Source of the DNA: Clostridia bacterium
Lineage (GTDB): Bacteria; Bacillota; Clostridia; Oscillospirales; CAG-272
Direction of reading: 5' to 3'
NCBI GenBank assembly: GCA_017407835.1
Contig: JAFQVV010000012.1
Coordinates: forward strand, 19,010-83,009
Length of the DNA stretch: 64,000 bases
Below are positions 25,911 to 34,915 of the stretch, piece by piece. The position numbers and the translations under genes are program-made. The first letter of the stretch is position 1, and every line of letters starts with the position of its first letter. A model generated the notes under the pieces. It saw nothing but the letters and a program-made list of their open reading frames with translations. It did not search any database and was not told the origin of the DNA.

Positions 25911-27761
25911 TCAATCCATTCGCTTGAAGTCCACAAAGAAGCACCTGTACCAGACAAGGAAGGTGTACACCGTCCAAATCTTGCGTCCGTTGTTCGCCTT
26001 GCCCGCGTAGTGATCGTCCAACAGACGGCAGAGCACGTCCACGTCGAAGAATTCACTTGCATACTCCGCCGTGAATGCCTCGCGTACCAGACGATACCAC
26101 TTTTCCTCACGCAGCCAGAAGCGGATGGGAACGGGGAAGCCCTTCTTGGGGCGCGTCGCCCACTCATCGGGCAAAGTGCGATTTGCTGCCTTACGCAGAA
26201 CGTACTTGGTACCCTTTTCGTTGATGCGGTAGGGCGTGGGAATGGTTTGTGCCAGCGCCATAACTTCGCGATCAAGGAAGGGAACACGCAGCTCCAGTGA
26301 GTGCGCCATGCTCATTTTGTCCGCCTTGAGGAGAATATCCCCGGGCAGCCAGAGACAGAGATCCAGATATTGTTTCTTGGTCAGCTCATCCTTGTCCTTC
26401 ACCCGGGCGTAAATGGGTGAAGCCACCTCTTTGGGGGACTTACCGCCGCGGCAGTCGGGACGAAGTACAGCCAGTGCTTCCTTCTCAGGGAATACCCGAG
26501 CCTGACCGATGAACCAGTCCTCGGGGCGGCCGGTGCACTTGATGATAAAGTCATGCCCCTTGAAGTAGGGTAGCCGTGCGGCCAGCGCGCCCGCCGCGCG
26601 GCGCAGGAAGGCGGGGAGCTTTTTGTACTTGCGCATCAGCGGTGTTTCATCGTACCACTCGTAGCCGGCAAAAATTTCGTCAGCTCCCTCGCCCGAGAGG
26701 ACAACGGTGACGTGTTCCCGCGCCAGCTGCGCCAGAAAATACAGCGGCACCGAGGAGGGATTGGACTGGGGCTCGTCCATGTGATACTGAATGGTGGGGA
26801 AAGCGGAAAAGCATTCCTCGGGTGTCAGCATCTTTTTGAAATTTTTCACCCCGAGCCGTGCCGACAGCTCGGCGGCTTCGTCGGTTTCGTTGAAGCGATC
26901 CACCGCAAAGCCCACCGAGAAGGTGTCATCGGGCATCAGCGCGGCGGTGATATAGCTCGAATCGACGCCGCCCGAGAGAAAGGAGCCGACCTTTACATCA
27001 CTGATGCGGTGTGCGGCCACCGATTCACGGACACAAGCATCCAGCTTTTCCACATATTCGTCAAAGGTGCCGTCTTTGGCATCGAAATCAATGTCCCAGT
27101 AGCGGGTGATCCGCATCTCGCCCACCCGGGACATGGTAAAGCAGTGGGCGGGGGGGAGCTTGTACACGCCCTCAAAAAAGGTTTCCTCCCCCGAGGAATA
27201 CTGGAAGGTCAGATAGGGGCGCAGGGCATTGCGGTTGACGGTGGGGGTAAAGCCGGGGTGCTCAAGAAAGCTCTTGATTTCCGAGCCGAAGAGCAGGCTG
27301 CCGTCCGAGAGTTTTGCGTAATAAAAGGGCTTGATGCCGAAATGGTCGCGGGCACCGAAGAGGGTGCGGTGTGCTTTGTCCCAGATGACAAAAGCAAACA
27401 TTCCCCGCAAGCGGCGGACAAGGGCATCCCCACCGAATTCCTCATAGCCGTGCACCAAAACTTCGCTGTCTGTCTGGGTGCGGAAGGTGTGACCTGCGGC
27501 GATCAGCTCGCGGCGCAGATCCATGAAATTGTAGATCTCTCCGTTGAAAACCACAACAACAGATCCATCTTCGCCCGAGATGGGCTGACCGGCCTCGGCA
27601 GAGAGGTCGATGATGCTCAACCGACGGAAGCCAAGGGCGATGTCATCATCCAGATAACTGCCCGCCATGTCGGGACCGCGGTGGATGATGCGGTTCATCA
27701 TATTGTTCAAAATCTGCTCTCTGCGGTCGATCATTCCGCTGAAGCCGACAAAACCACACAT
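25911..27761 (-). CDS. asnB: asparagine synthase (glutamine-hydrolysing) family amidotransferase
   Basis: MCGFVGF N-terminal nucleophile Cys, the GATase-2 domain, and the SGGVDSS PP-loop. Confidence 0.9.
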   Translation of the reverse strand: MCGFVGFSGMIDRREQILNNMMNRIIHRGPDMAGSYLDDDIALGFRRLSIIDLSAEAGQPISGEDGSVVVVFNGEIYNFMDLRRELIAAGHTFRTQTDSEVLVHGYEEFGGDALVRRLRGMFAFVIWDKAHRTLFGARDHFGIKPFYYAKLSDGSLLFGSEIKSFLEHPGFTPTVNRNALRPYLTFQYSSGEETFFEGVYKLPPAHCFTMSRVGEMRITRYWDIDFDAKDGTFDEYVEKLDACVRESVAAHRISDVKVGSFLSGGVDSSYITAALMPDDTFSVGFAVDRFNETDEAAELSARLGVKNFKKMLTPEECFSAFPTIQYHMDEPQSNPSSVPLYFLAQLAREHVTVVLSGEGADEIFAGYEWYDETPLMRKYKKLPAFLRRAAGALAARLPYFKGHDFIIKCTGRPEDWFIGQARVFPEKEALAVLRPDCRGGKSPKEVASPIYARVKDKDELTKKQYLDLCLWLPGDILLKADKMSMAHSLELRVPFLDREVMALAQTIPTPYRINEKGTKYVLRKAANRTLPDEWATRPKKGFPVPIRFWLREEKWYRLVREAFTAEYASEFFDVDVLCRLLDDHYAGKANNGRKIWTVYTFLVWYRCFFVDFKRMD

Positions 27762-27913
27762 AATCGATATCCTGCTTTCTTGCTTTCATAGGGCATACCA
27801 TTACATTTTATCATTATATCACATAAGTGCAGAAAAATAAAGAGGAAAGGGACTTTTTTTTCAAAATTGAGCAAAAGCCGTCTGCCATTGCCTCCCATTG
27901 CCCGCAGAAAGAC

Positions 27914-27942
27914 TTGCAAGTGGAGAGAAAATGTGGTATCAT
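27914..27942 (+). promoter_or_regulatory. sigma-A-type promoter of hflKC
   Basis: TTGCAA, 17-nt spacer, TATCAT, with an extended -10 TG (tggTATCAT). Confidence 0.55.
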
Positions 27943-27977
27943 AATATTGTCAAAAGACAAGAAAGGTGGAATGAACA

Positions 27978-28955
27978 TTGAACAATACTCCTCCATATGA
28001 AGACAAAACCAAGCGAACAGCACCCAAGCTGACACCGCAGCGTCTGCTGCGCATCGCCGTGATCGCAGTGGTGCTGATTGCAGTGCTGGCCATCCTCGGC
28101 GGCTCCTGGTACACGGTGGATGACAAGCAGGAGGCTGTTGTGACAACCTTCGGCCGTGTCACAAATGTGACGGGGGCAGGCATGCACTTTAAGATCCCCT
28201 TCATTCAGCAGGTGCAGAAGGTGGATGTCAATGTGTCGCACAAAATTTATATCGGTTATCGACCCGAATCCGACAAATTTATCGAAGAAGAGTCGAAGAT
28301 GATCACGGGAGACTTCAATATTGTTAACGTAGATTTCTTTGTGGAATACAAGATCTCCAATCCCGAGAAGTATCTTTACGCATCGGCCGATCCTGATGGC
28401 ATCCTGACCAATCTGATTCAGAGCCAGATCCGCAATGTGATCGGTTCGACCGAGGTTGACCGCGTACTGACCACGGGTAAGAATGAGATTCAGACGCAGG
28501 TTAAGGAACTGGTGACGGCTGAGCTTGAGCAGTATGATATCGGTTTGATGCTCACCGACGTCAAGATTCAGGACAGTGAACCGCCGAACCAGTCGGTTAT
28601 CGAAGCCTTCAAGGAGGTTGAGACGGCTATCCAGACCGCCGAGAAGGTCATCAACCAGGCAAAGGCATATCAGAACTCCAAACTGCCCGAGGCACAGGCA
28701 GAGGCGGATAAGCTGATTCAGAACGCCGAGTACATCAAGCGCAACCGCATCAACGAGGCGACCAAGCAAATCGCCATGTTTGAGGCAATGTATGCCGAGT
28801 ATGCACTCAATCCCGACATTACCCGTACCCGTATGTATTATGAAATGATCTCCGAGGTTCTGCCCGGTGTCAAGCTTTACATCGATGCATCCAATGGAGA
28901 CACCCAGAAACTGCTCCCGCTTGAAAGCTTCGTGAAAGGAGGTGCCGCGGAATGA
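27978..28955 (+). CDS. hflK: SPFH/band-7 protein, HflK-like
   Basis: TTG start with AAAGGTGGA 7 nt upstream. N-terminal TM, an SPFH domain (VTTFGRVTNVTGAGMHFKIPFIQ) and a coiled-coil tail. 4-nt overlap with hflC. Confidence 0.8.
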   Translation: MNNTPPYEDKTKRTAPKLTPQRLLRIAVIAVVLIAVLAILGGSWYTVDDKQEAVVTTFGRVTNVTGAGMHFKIPFIQQVQKVDVNVSHKIYIGYRPESDKFIEEESKMITGDFNIVNVDFFVEYKISNPEKYLYASADPDGILTNLIQSQIRNVIGSTEVDRVLTTGKNEIQTQVKELVTAELEQYDIGLMLTDVKIQDSEPPNQSVIEAFKEVETAIQTAEKVINQAKAYQNSKLPEAQAEADKLIQNAEYIKRNRINEATKQIAMFEAMYAEYALNPDITRTRMYYEMISEVLPGVKLYIDASNGDTQKLLPLESFVKGGAAE

Positions 28956-29839
28956 AAAAGAAATTCGTAAAGGGCATCATTACCCTCGTCTTGCTGCTGG
29001 CTGTGGTCGGACTCTTCGGTTCGATGTATTCGGTCGCCGAAAATGAGTATGCCTGTGTTGTCCGCTTCTCGAAGATTGTGGACACCATTGATACCGCGGG
29101 CCTGCATTTCAAGATTCCCTTCATCGACAATATTCGCTTCTTCCCCCGCGATGTGCAGCTTTATGACATCAATCCCTCCGAAGTGCTGACCTCCGACAAG
29201 AAAAACATGACGGTGGACAGCTATGTCCTCTGGGAAATCAGCGATCCGCTGACCTTTTTCCAGACGGTCGGTACGATGGGGGAGGCAGAGCGCCGTCTTG
29301 ATGCGGCAACCTATACGACGCTTAAAAACCTGATGGGTACACTTGAGCAAAACGCCATTATCAATCAGGAAGACGGCGGCGAGCGTAATAAAATCTATGA
29401 CAACATCGGCAGAGAGGTTGCCGAGATTACCAAACAATATGGCATCAATGTTGTCGATGTCAAGATCAAGCGTCTTGACCTGCCTGCCGACAATGAGCAG
29501 GCTGTCTACTCGCGCATGATCTCCGAGCGCAACCAAATCGCCGAGAAGTACCGCGCCGATGGCGAGTATGAAGCATCGATTATTATCAACGATGTCGATA
29601 AGCAGGTCAATATCATCATCTCGGATGCACAGGCGGAAGCCGCCAAGCTGGAGGCTGAAGGTGAAGCCGAGTATATGCGTATGTTGGCCGAAGCCTTCAA
29701 CACTGACGACAAAAAGAGCTTCTATCAGTTCACGCTTGCCTTGGATGCACTGCGCGCCTCTCTGTCGGGCGAGGAAAAAACGGTTGTCCTCGGTGCCGAT
29801 GCCGAGCTGGTGAAAATGCTCATCAGTCCCGCCGAGTGA
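28952..29839 (+). CDS. hflC: SPFH/band-7 protein, HflC-like
   Basis: N-terminal TM, an SPFH domain (VVRFSKIVDTIDTAGLHFKIPFID), and ..YRADGEYEA..AEAAKLEAEGEAEY. Confidence 0.8.
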   Translation: MKKKFVKGIITLVLLLAVVGLFGSMYSVAENEYACVVRFSKIVDTIDTAGLHFKIPFIDNIRFFPRDVQLYDINPSEVLTSDKKNMTVDSYVLWEISDPLTFFQTVGTMGEAERRLDAATYTTLKNLMGTLEQNAIINQEDGGERNKIYDNIGREVAEITKQYGINVVDVKIKRLDLPADNEQAVYSRMISERNQIAEKYRADGEYEASIIINDVDKQVNIIISDAQAEAAKLEAEGEAEYMRMLAEAFNTDDKKSFYQFTLALDALRASLSGEEKTVVLGADAELVKMLISPAE

Positions 29840-29849
29840 TCGCTTCGAT

Positions 29850-30434
29850 ATGAAACGGGAGACAGTCTATCGTATCTTTTCCCGCCTGCCCGAGCTTGAG
29901 ACGGATCGGCTTCTGCTGCGCCGTATGCAGGTCAGCGATGCCGACGATATGTACGCTTATGCACGGCGGGCGGATGTGACCAAGTATTTGACCTGGACAC
30001 CGCATCCAAATCACGCCTATACGGTGGAGTATCTGCAGTATCTCGCCTCGCGCTACCGCATCGGAGATTTTTACGATTGGGGCGTGACTCTGCGGGAGAG
30101 TGGCCGCATGATCGGCACCTGCGGATTTACCTCGTTTGATTTTCCGCACAATGCAGCGCAGGTTGGCTATGTCCTCAACCCCGATTATTGGGGGCAGGGC
30201 ATTGCCGCCGAGGCACTGCGTGCGGTGATGTGCTTTGGCTTCCGAGAGCTTTCGCTGCATCGGATCGAGGCTTGCTATATTGAGGGAAACACAAGGTCCC
30301 GCCGCGTGATGGAAAAGGTGGGCATGACCTATGAGGGCATTCGCCGAGAAGCGATGCGAATCAAGGGAGAGTACCGAAATATCGGTGTCTGTGCCGTCCT
30401 GCGGGATGAATTCCGCGGAGGGCAGGAGAATTAA
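29850..30434 (+). CDS. GNAT family N-acetyltransferase (RimJ/RimL-like)
   Basis: LETDRLLLRRMQVSDADDMY.. and ..WGQGIAAEALRAV..F..L.LHRIEA....N..S.RVMEKVGM..EG is the Acetyltransf_3 pattern. Confidence 0.8.
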   Translation: MKRETVYRIFSRLPELETDRLLLRRMQVSDADDMYAYARRADVTKYLTWTPHPNHAYTVEYLQYLASRYRIGDFYDWGVTLRESGRMIGTCGFTSFDFPHNAAQVGYVLNPDYWGQGIAAEALRAVMCFGFRELSLHRIEACYIEGNTRSRRVMEKVGMTYEGIRREAMRIKGEYRNIGVCAVLRDEFRGGQEN

Positions 30435-30440
30435 ATCCCC

Positions 30441-30488
30441 AAAATCAAGAGCCGCGAATGACTTTGCCATTCGCGGCTCTTGATTTTT
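30441..30488. terminator. bidirectional rho-independent terminator (GNAT / ABC permease)
   Basis: aaaatcaagagccgcgaatg-actttgc-cattcgcggctcttgatttt. Confidence 0.85.
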
Positions 30489-30489
30489 G

Positions 30490-31608
30490 TTATCCACCCA
30501 CACACATGAGGAAGGCAGTGTTGGCGATCATTGTGCCGATCAGCAAAACAATCGCGCTGCGCAGAATCAGCGTCTGCAGTTCATGGCGCATGACGCGTCG
30601 AAAATCAGCGTTGTCCATGCCAATGGAAAAATATGTTTTCCCCGCGGCACGGCGATTGGCATATTGCAGGCGTACCATCAGCCATGCACTTGCCAGACCG
30701 ATCAGGGTGAGCAGAAGGAAGAAGATCCCCAAACAAAGAAACAGGTGGCTGACGGCGGAGACGACTGCTCCCGTGGTTTCAATGCCATCGAATGGATTGG
30801 CGTCCAGCACAACTTTCACATGAAGGAGATGCCACATCATCAACAGCATAAGGATGGGATAAAACGCGGAGATGGAAAAAGAGAGGGAGATTGTGTGATA
30901 GGTGGGGGCAGAATAGTCCACACTTTTTTGTGCGAGCCGCCGGAGCAAACTTTTTTGCTTAAAGGTGTTCGATTGCCGATAGCTGTGCGATGTGACGGCG
31001 GCGCGGGGGTTTTGCCGTTTGAGGGCGCTGATTACCGAGCGTGGGGTGAAGGTGATTTGCGGCAGCAGGCAGCAGAGAGCTGTTATGCCGACGCCGACGA
31101 TTACCTGTGCAAGCAGAACACCGAGATAGAGCAGTGCAGAGGGGGCAGGGGAGATGAGTGCTCCCAGAGTACCGAGAAAACGCCGCCCCAGGGTCACGCC
31201 GAGAAGGCTGCCGGGCAGTATTCCGCATAGTGCGGCGGGGGCATAAATCAACTGCAGTTGGGTGAAGGGAAACGCTTTCTTTTGTGCAGGAGATGCGCCT
31301 ACGCTGGTCAGTACAGCGAGAAGCTGTTCGTTTTGCTTTCTGTTCAGACCGATATGGATGCGAATCATGATGGCGGAGCAAAGCACCAGAAATCCGGCGG
31401 CGACCGTAATGCAAAGTCTGACTGTCTGCAGGAAACTTGAGAGTGGCAGCTCCTTTTCGGCGAGATTTTGCCGGAGAATGGTTTCTGCCGAAAAAAACAC
31501 CAGCATACTGATGAGCATCATCGAAACGAGGATCGCGGCAAAGAGGAGCAGGTGCTTGATGGGTGCTTGCTTGATTCGCCGCAGAGCGATTTTTCGTATG
31601 GGAGACAT
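30490..31608 (-). CDS. ABC transporter permease, FtsX-like fold
   Basis: ATG at 31608 sits 1 nt after the ATPase stop, with GGAGG upstream. Multi-TM protein in the standard position downstream of a MacB/LolD-type ATPase. The usual large extracytoplasmic loop appears very short. Confidence 0.6.
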   Translation of the reverse strand: MSPIRKIALRRIKQAPIKHLLLFAAILVSMMLISMLVFFSAETILRQNLAEKELPLSSFLQTVRLCITVAAGFLVLCSAIMIRIHIGLNRKQNEQLLAVLTSVGASPAQKKAFPFTQLQLIYAPAALCGILPGSLLGVTLGRRFLGTLGALISPAPSALLYLGVLLAQVIVGVGITALCCLLPQITFTPRSVISALKRQNPRAAVTSHSYRQSNTFKQKSLLRRLAQKSVDYSAPTYHTISLSFSISAFYPILMLLMMWHLLHVKVVLDANPFDGIETTGAVVSAVSHLFLCLGIFFLLLTLIGLASAWLMVRLQYANRRAAGKTYFSIGMDNADFRRVMRHELQTLILRSAIVLLIGTMIANTAFLMCVGG

Positions 31609-31609
31609 G

Positions 31610-32281
31610 TTATCGCCTCCTGTCATCGATTATTCTGCCATCGGCCATGGTGATGATCCGCCCCGCCGAAGCGGCAGCTTCTTCGCTGTGTGTCACCATT
31701 AGAACAGTGATGCCGTAGGTTTGGTTCATCATGGTCAGCAGGCGCATAATTTCGCGGCTGTTCTCGGCGTCGAGGTTGCCGGTCGGTTCGTCCGCCAACA
31801 GCAGTGACGGCTGACCGAACAGTGCGCGCGCAATGGCGACTCGCTGCTGCTGACCACCTGAGAGTGCATCGGGATATGCCCCCTCGCGCCCCTTCAGTCC
31901 CACGACCGAGAGAATATGGTCGAGTCTCTCCTCGTCGATTTCCCTTCCGTCAAGTTCGGTGGGCAGGGTGATGTTTTCGCGGAGTGTCAACTCGGGGATA
32001 AGGTTGTAAAATTGATAGATCACGCCGATTGTCTTGCGGCGGAGCAGAGCGGCACGCTTGGGGGGCAGGCGAACCATATCGATACCGTCAACCATGACCG
32101 ATCCGCTGTCGGGGGTGTCAAGCCCGCCGATCATATTCAGCAGTGTCGTTTTCCCTGATCCCGAGCGGCCGACAACGGCGACAAAATCGCCCCTATTGAC
32201 GACAAGGGAGAGGTTGTCGAGTGCGACAATCTCTCCGTCGGTGGTTGGATATGTTTTGCGAAGGTTTTGTATGTGCAGCAT
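31610..32281 (-). CDS. ABC transporter ATP-binding protein (MacB/LolD-type)
   Basis: Walker A GRSGSGKTT, signature LSGGQQQRVAIARAL, Walker B LLLADEPTGNLD. Confidence 0.9.
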   Translation of the reverse strand: MLHIQNLRKTYPTTDGEIVALDNLSLVVNRGDFVAVVGRSGSGKTTLLNMIGGLDTPDSGSVMVDGIDMVRLPPKRAALLRRKTIGVIYQFYNLIPELTLRENITLPTELDGREIDEERLDHILSVVGLKGREGAYPDALSGGQQQRVAIARALFGQPSLLLADEPTGNLDAENSREIMRLLTMMNQTYGITVLMVTHSEEAAASAGRIITMADGRIIDDRRR

Positions 32282-32341
32282 TGCGTTTCCTCCCGTTTGT
32301 TCTATGTTGTGCGGGGGCCGGTCACAAGCTTGAAGTGTCGG

Positions 32342-33139
32342 TCAATCGGCGTAATAGACGATCTGCTCGTCCTTGACACCTTTGAGGTAAACATCCTTTG
32401 CGGCAAGGGGCAGATGGATTTTGACATTGGGCGATTGCGAGAAATCCTGCAGGGAGAAAAAGTCGTGTTTGGTTGTCTCATAGGAAATGTGCGGCGGAAA
32501 ACGGAAGGTTGCCAGACGGCGGCAATCGTAGGCGACACACCAGTCGAGCCGTGTGATGGCGGGGGAGGAGAGATCAATTTCCTCCAGGCGTGTTGCGCGG
32601 AAGGCGTGTTTGCCGATGGTGCAAACCCGTTCGGTGGGATAGCGCAGGGTGGTCAGTGCATTGCAGTCGGCAACCAGATTGCGCGGAATTGCGGTGATGG
32701 TGCATCCATCCGCAAAGATAAGGCTGCGCAGTTTTTTGCACTTAGAGAAGCAATATGCGCCGACCTTGGCAAGCGAGCCGAAAGAGGCTTCGCGCAGTCC
32801 CGTTGCTTCAAAACAGCCGGGGCCGAGTACGCGAACCATGGGCAGGCTGATCTCCTCCAGTACACCGCAGCCTGCGAAGGAAAAACCGAGCAGATCTGTC
32901 GCCTGCGGCAGCGAGATGCGGCGCAGATTGCGGCAATCACGGAAGGCACAGGGATTCACACGGCGGACCGACGGAGCATCGAGTGATTCAATGCCCGCAC
33001 CCCAAAAGGCTTCCTCGCCGACAGACACGACGGGGATGCCGTCGATCTCTTCGGGCAAAACAAGATGTTTGATTTTCTCGCCCGGGGCAAAGCCGGTAAT
33101 TTCGATCCCTGCAGGGATTTTTGTATAGGAAAAGTGCAT
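32342..33139 (-). CDS. leucine-rich repeat protein (BspA-type LRR_5), no signal peptide
   Basis: AAGGAG RBS before the ATG at 33139. Repeated ..I.LP..V..IG..AF..C..L..I.. units (e.g. VNPCAFRDCRNLRRISLPQ, LGFSFAGCGVLEEISLP, IGKHAFRATRLEEIDLS). Confidence 0.7.
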   Translation of the reverse strand: MHFSYTKIPAGIEITGFAPGEKIKHLVLPEEIDGIPVVSVGEEAFWGAGIESLDAPSVRRVNPCAFRDCRNLRRISLPQATDLLGFSFAGCGVLEEISLPMVRVLGPGCFEATGLREASFGSLAKVGAYCFSKCKKLRSLIFADGCTITAIPRNLVADCNALTTLRYPTERVCTIGKHAFRATRLEEIDLSSPAITRLDWCVAYDCRRLATFRFPPHISYETTKHDFFSLQDFSQSPNVKIHLPLAAKDVYLKGVKDEQIVYYAD

Positions 33140-33175
33140 AATGACTCCTTTTCTCAAACGGAATACTGAATGGGT

Positions 33176-34663
33176 TTAATCGTGGCTGAAGAGATCCTTG
33201 CCCGGGAAGACAGGCTCACAGGTGAAATTGAGTCCCAACTTGCGCAGAATGCGCTCATCCGCGGCGGTGAGCATAGTGCTGGAATGTGCCTGGCAGCCCC
33301 GCAGATCGGCCAGCTTCGTCATCGCCAGCTCAACCATGGAGTTGGTCGCAGCGCAGATGCTCAGCGCGATCAACACTTCCTCCAGGCCCAGCCGCAGAAC
33401 GCGGTCACCCAAGACCTCGCCCTTCATACGCTGAATCGGTTCAATTACCACGGGGGAGAGCAGGAAAATCTCATCCGCAATACCCGACAATGTCTTGACG
33501 GCATTGATCAGTGCGGCGGCGGGCGCGCTCATGAGGCTGATTTCTTTTCCCGTGATGATGCGGCCGTCGTTGAGTTCAATGCTGAAGACGGGAAACTCCA
33601 CTTTTTCTGCCTTTTCGAGTGCAGGTGCGACCACGCGGCGGTCGGCTGTGGTGATGCCGACATTTTTCATCAGCAGCTCAACAAGATGGGCAGTTTCGAT
33701 ATCGGTTGCACCGTTTTTGTAGTCGCACCATGCCTTGTAATAGCGGCGCAGAATCTCCTGCTTTGCGGCTTCGCGGCAAACTTCGTCATCGATGATGCAG
33801 TTGCCCACCATGTTTACGCCCATATCGGTGGGGGAACGGTAGAGATCGCTCTTGCCCGTGATGCGTTCAAGAATGGTCTGCACGACGGGGAAAGCTTCAA
33901 CATCGCGGTTGTAGTTGACGGTTGCAACGCCGTATGCATCGAGATGATAGGGATCAATCATATTCACATCGCGCAGATCGGCGGTTGCCGCTTCATAGGC
34001 GATGTTGACGGGATGCTTGAGGGGCAGATTCCAGATGGGGAAGGTTTCAAACTTGGCGTAACCCGCTTTGACGCCCCGCTTGTATTCGTGATAAAGCTGA
34101 GAGAGGCAGGTGGCAAGCTTGCCCGATCCGGGGCCGGGGGCGGTCACAACGACCAGCGGACGAGTGGTTTCAATATAGGCGTTGGCACCGTAGCCTGCTT
34201 CGCTGACGATGGTATCGACATCGTTGGGATAGCCGTTGATTGAGCGGTGAACGTAGACACGTTCTCCCCGCATTTCCAGCTTTTTGCGGAACATATCGGC
34301 ACCGTGCTGATCTTTATACTGCGTGATAACGACAGAGCTGACGTAGATGCCCATCGCACGCAGATTGTCCATCAGACGCAGCACATCCATGTCGTAGGTG
34401 ATACCGAAATCGGCGCGGATTTTTTTGCGCTCAATATCAGCGGCGTTGATAATGATGATGATCTCGGTCTGATCGCGCATCTCACGCAGCAGATTGATTT
34501 TTGCATCGGGTGCAAACCCGGGCAGAACACGGGCGGCGTGCAGATCGTCAAAGAGCTTTCCGCCGAATTCGATATAGAGTTTGTTGTCAAAGAGCTTAAC
34601 ACGCTCCAGTATTTTTGCCGACTGTGTTTTGATATACGTTTGGTTGTCAAATCCGATTTTCAT
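33176..34663 (-). CDS. UPF0371/DUF1846 family protein
   Basis: 495 aa. N-terminus MKIGFDNQTYIKTQSAKILERV..LYIEFGGKLFDD.HAARVLPGF is characteristic of UPF0371. Confidence 0.8.
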   Translation of the reverse strand: MKIGFDNQTYIKTQSAKILERVKLFDNKLYIEFGGKLFDDLHAARVLPGFAPDAKINLLREMRDQTEIIIIINAADIERKKIRADFGITYDMDVLRLMDNLRAMGIYVSSVVITQYKDQHGADMFRKKLEMRGERVYVHRSINGYPNDVDTIVSEAGYGANAYIETTRPLVVVTAPGPGSGKLATCLSQLYHEYKRGVKAGYAKFETFPIWNLPLKHPVNIAYEAATADLRDVNMIDPYHLDAYGVATVNYNRDVEAFPVVQTILERITGKSDLYRSPTDMGVNMVGNCIIDDEVCREAAKQEILRRYYKAWCDYKNGATDIETAHLVELLMKNVGITTADRRVVAPALEKAEKVEFPVFSIELNDGRIITGKEISLMSAPAAALINAVKTLSGIADEIFLLSPVVIEPIQRMKGEVLGDRVLRLGLEEVLIALSICAATNSMVELAMTKLADLRGCQAHSSTMLTAADERILRKLGLNFTCEPVFPGKDLFSHD

Positions 34664-34715
34664 AATATACAGTCATTCCTTTCCACGGTGCTGCGCAGAA
34701 TCTCATAATATATCT

Positions 34716-34744
34716 ATTGTACCACGAATTGAACAATTTGTAAA
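34716..34744 (-). promoter_or_regulatory. sigma-A-type promoter of the DUF1846 gene
   Basis: On the minus strand: TTTACA (34744-34739), 17-nt spacer, TACAAT (34721-34716), with an extended -10 TG. Confidence 0.6.
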
Positions 34745-34915
34745 GAGAGAAGCGACGCTTCGGTGATAATTTTCTGTTGAAATTTTGCCCAAAATACCGG
34801 CGCATTCACATGGAGTTCATATTGATGCGATATAATGACAGTGCACAGATTATGTCTGTGGAATGGAGGAATGACTTTGTTGGCAAATAATCAACATAAC
34901 GAAACTGCCTGCCCG

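Noticed and set aside
27971-28000. ATG 7 nt upstream of the hflK TTG start
   Set aside because: It is out of frame with hflK and terminates after 9 codons (MNIEQYSSI). The SD spacing fits the TTG at 27978 better, so it is treated as a chance ATG rather than a regulatory uORF.
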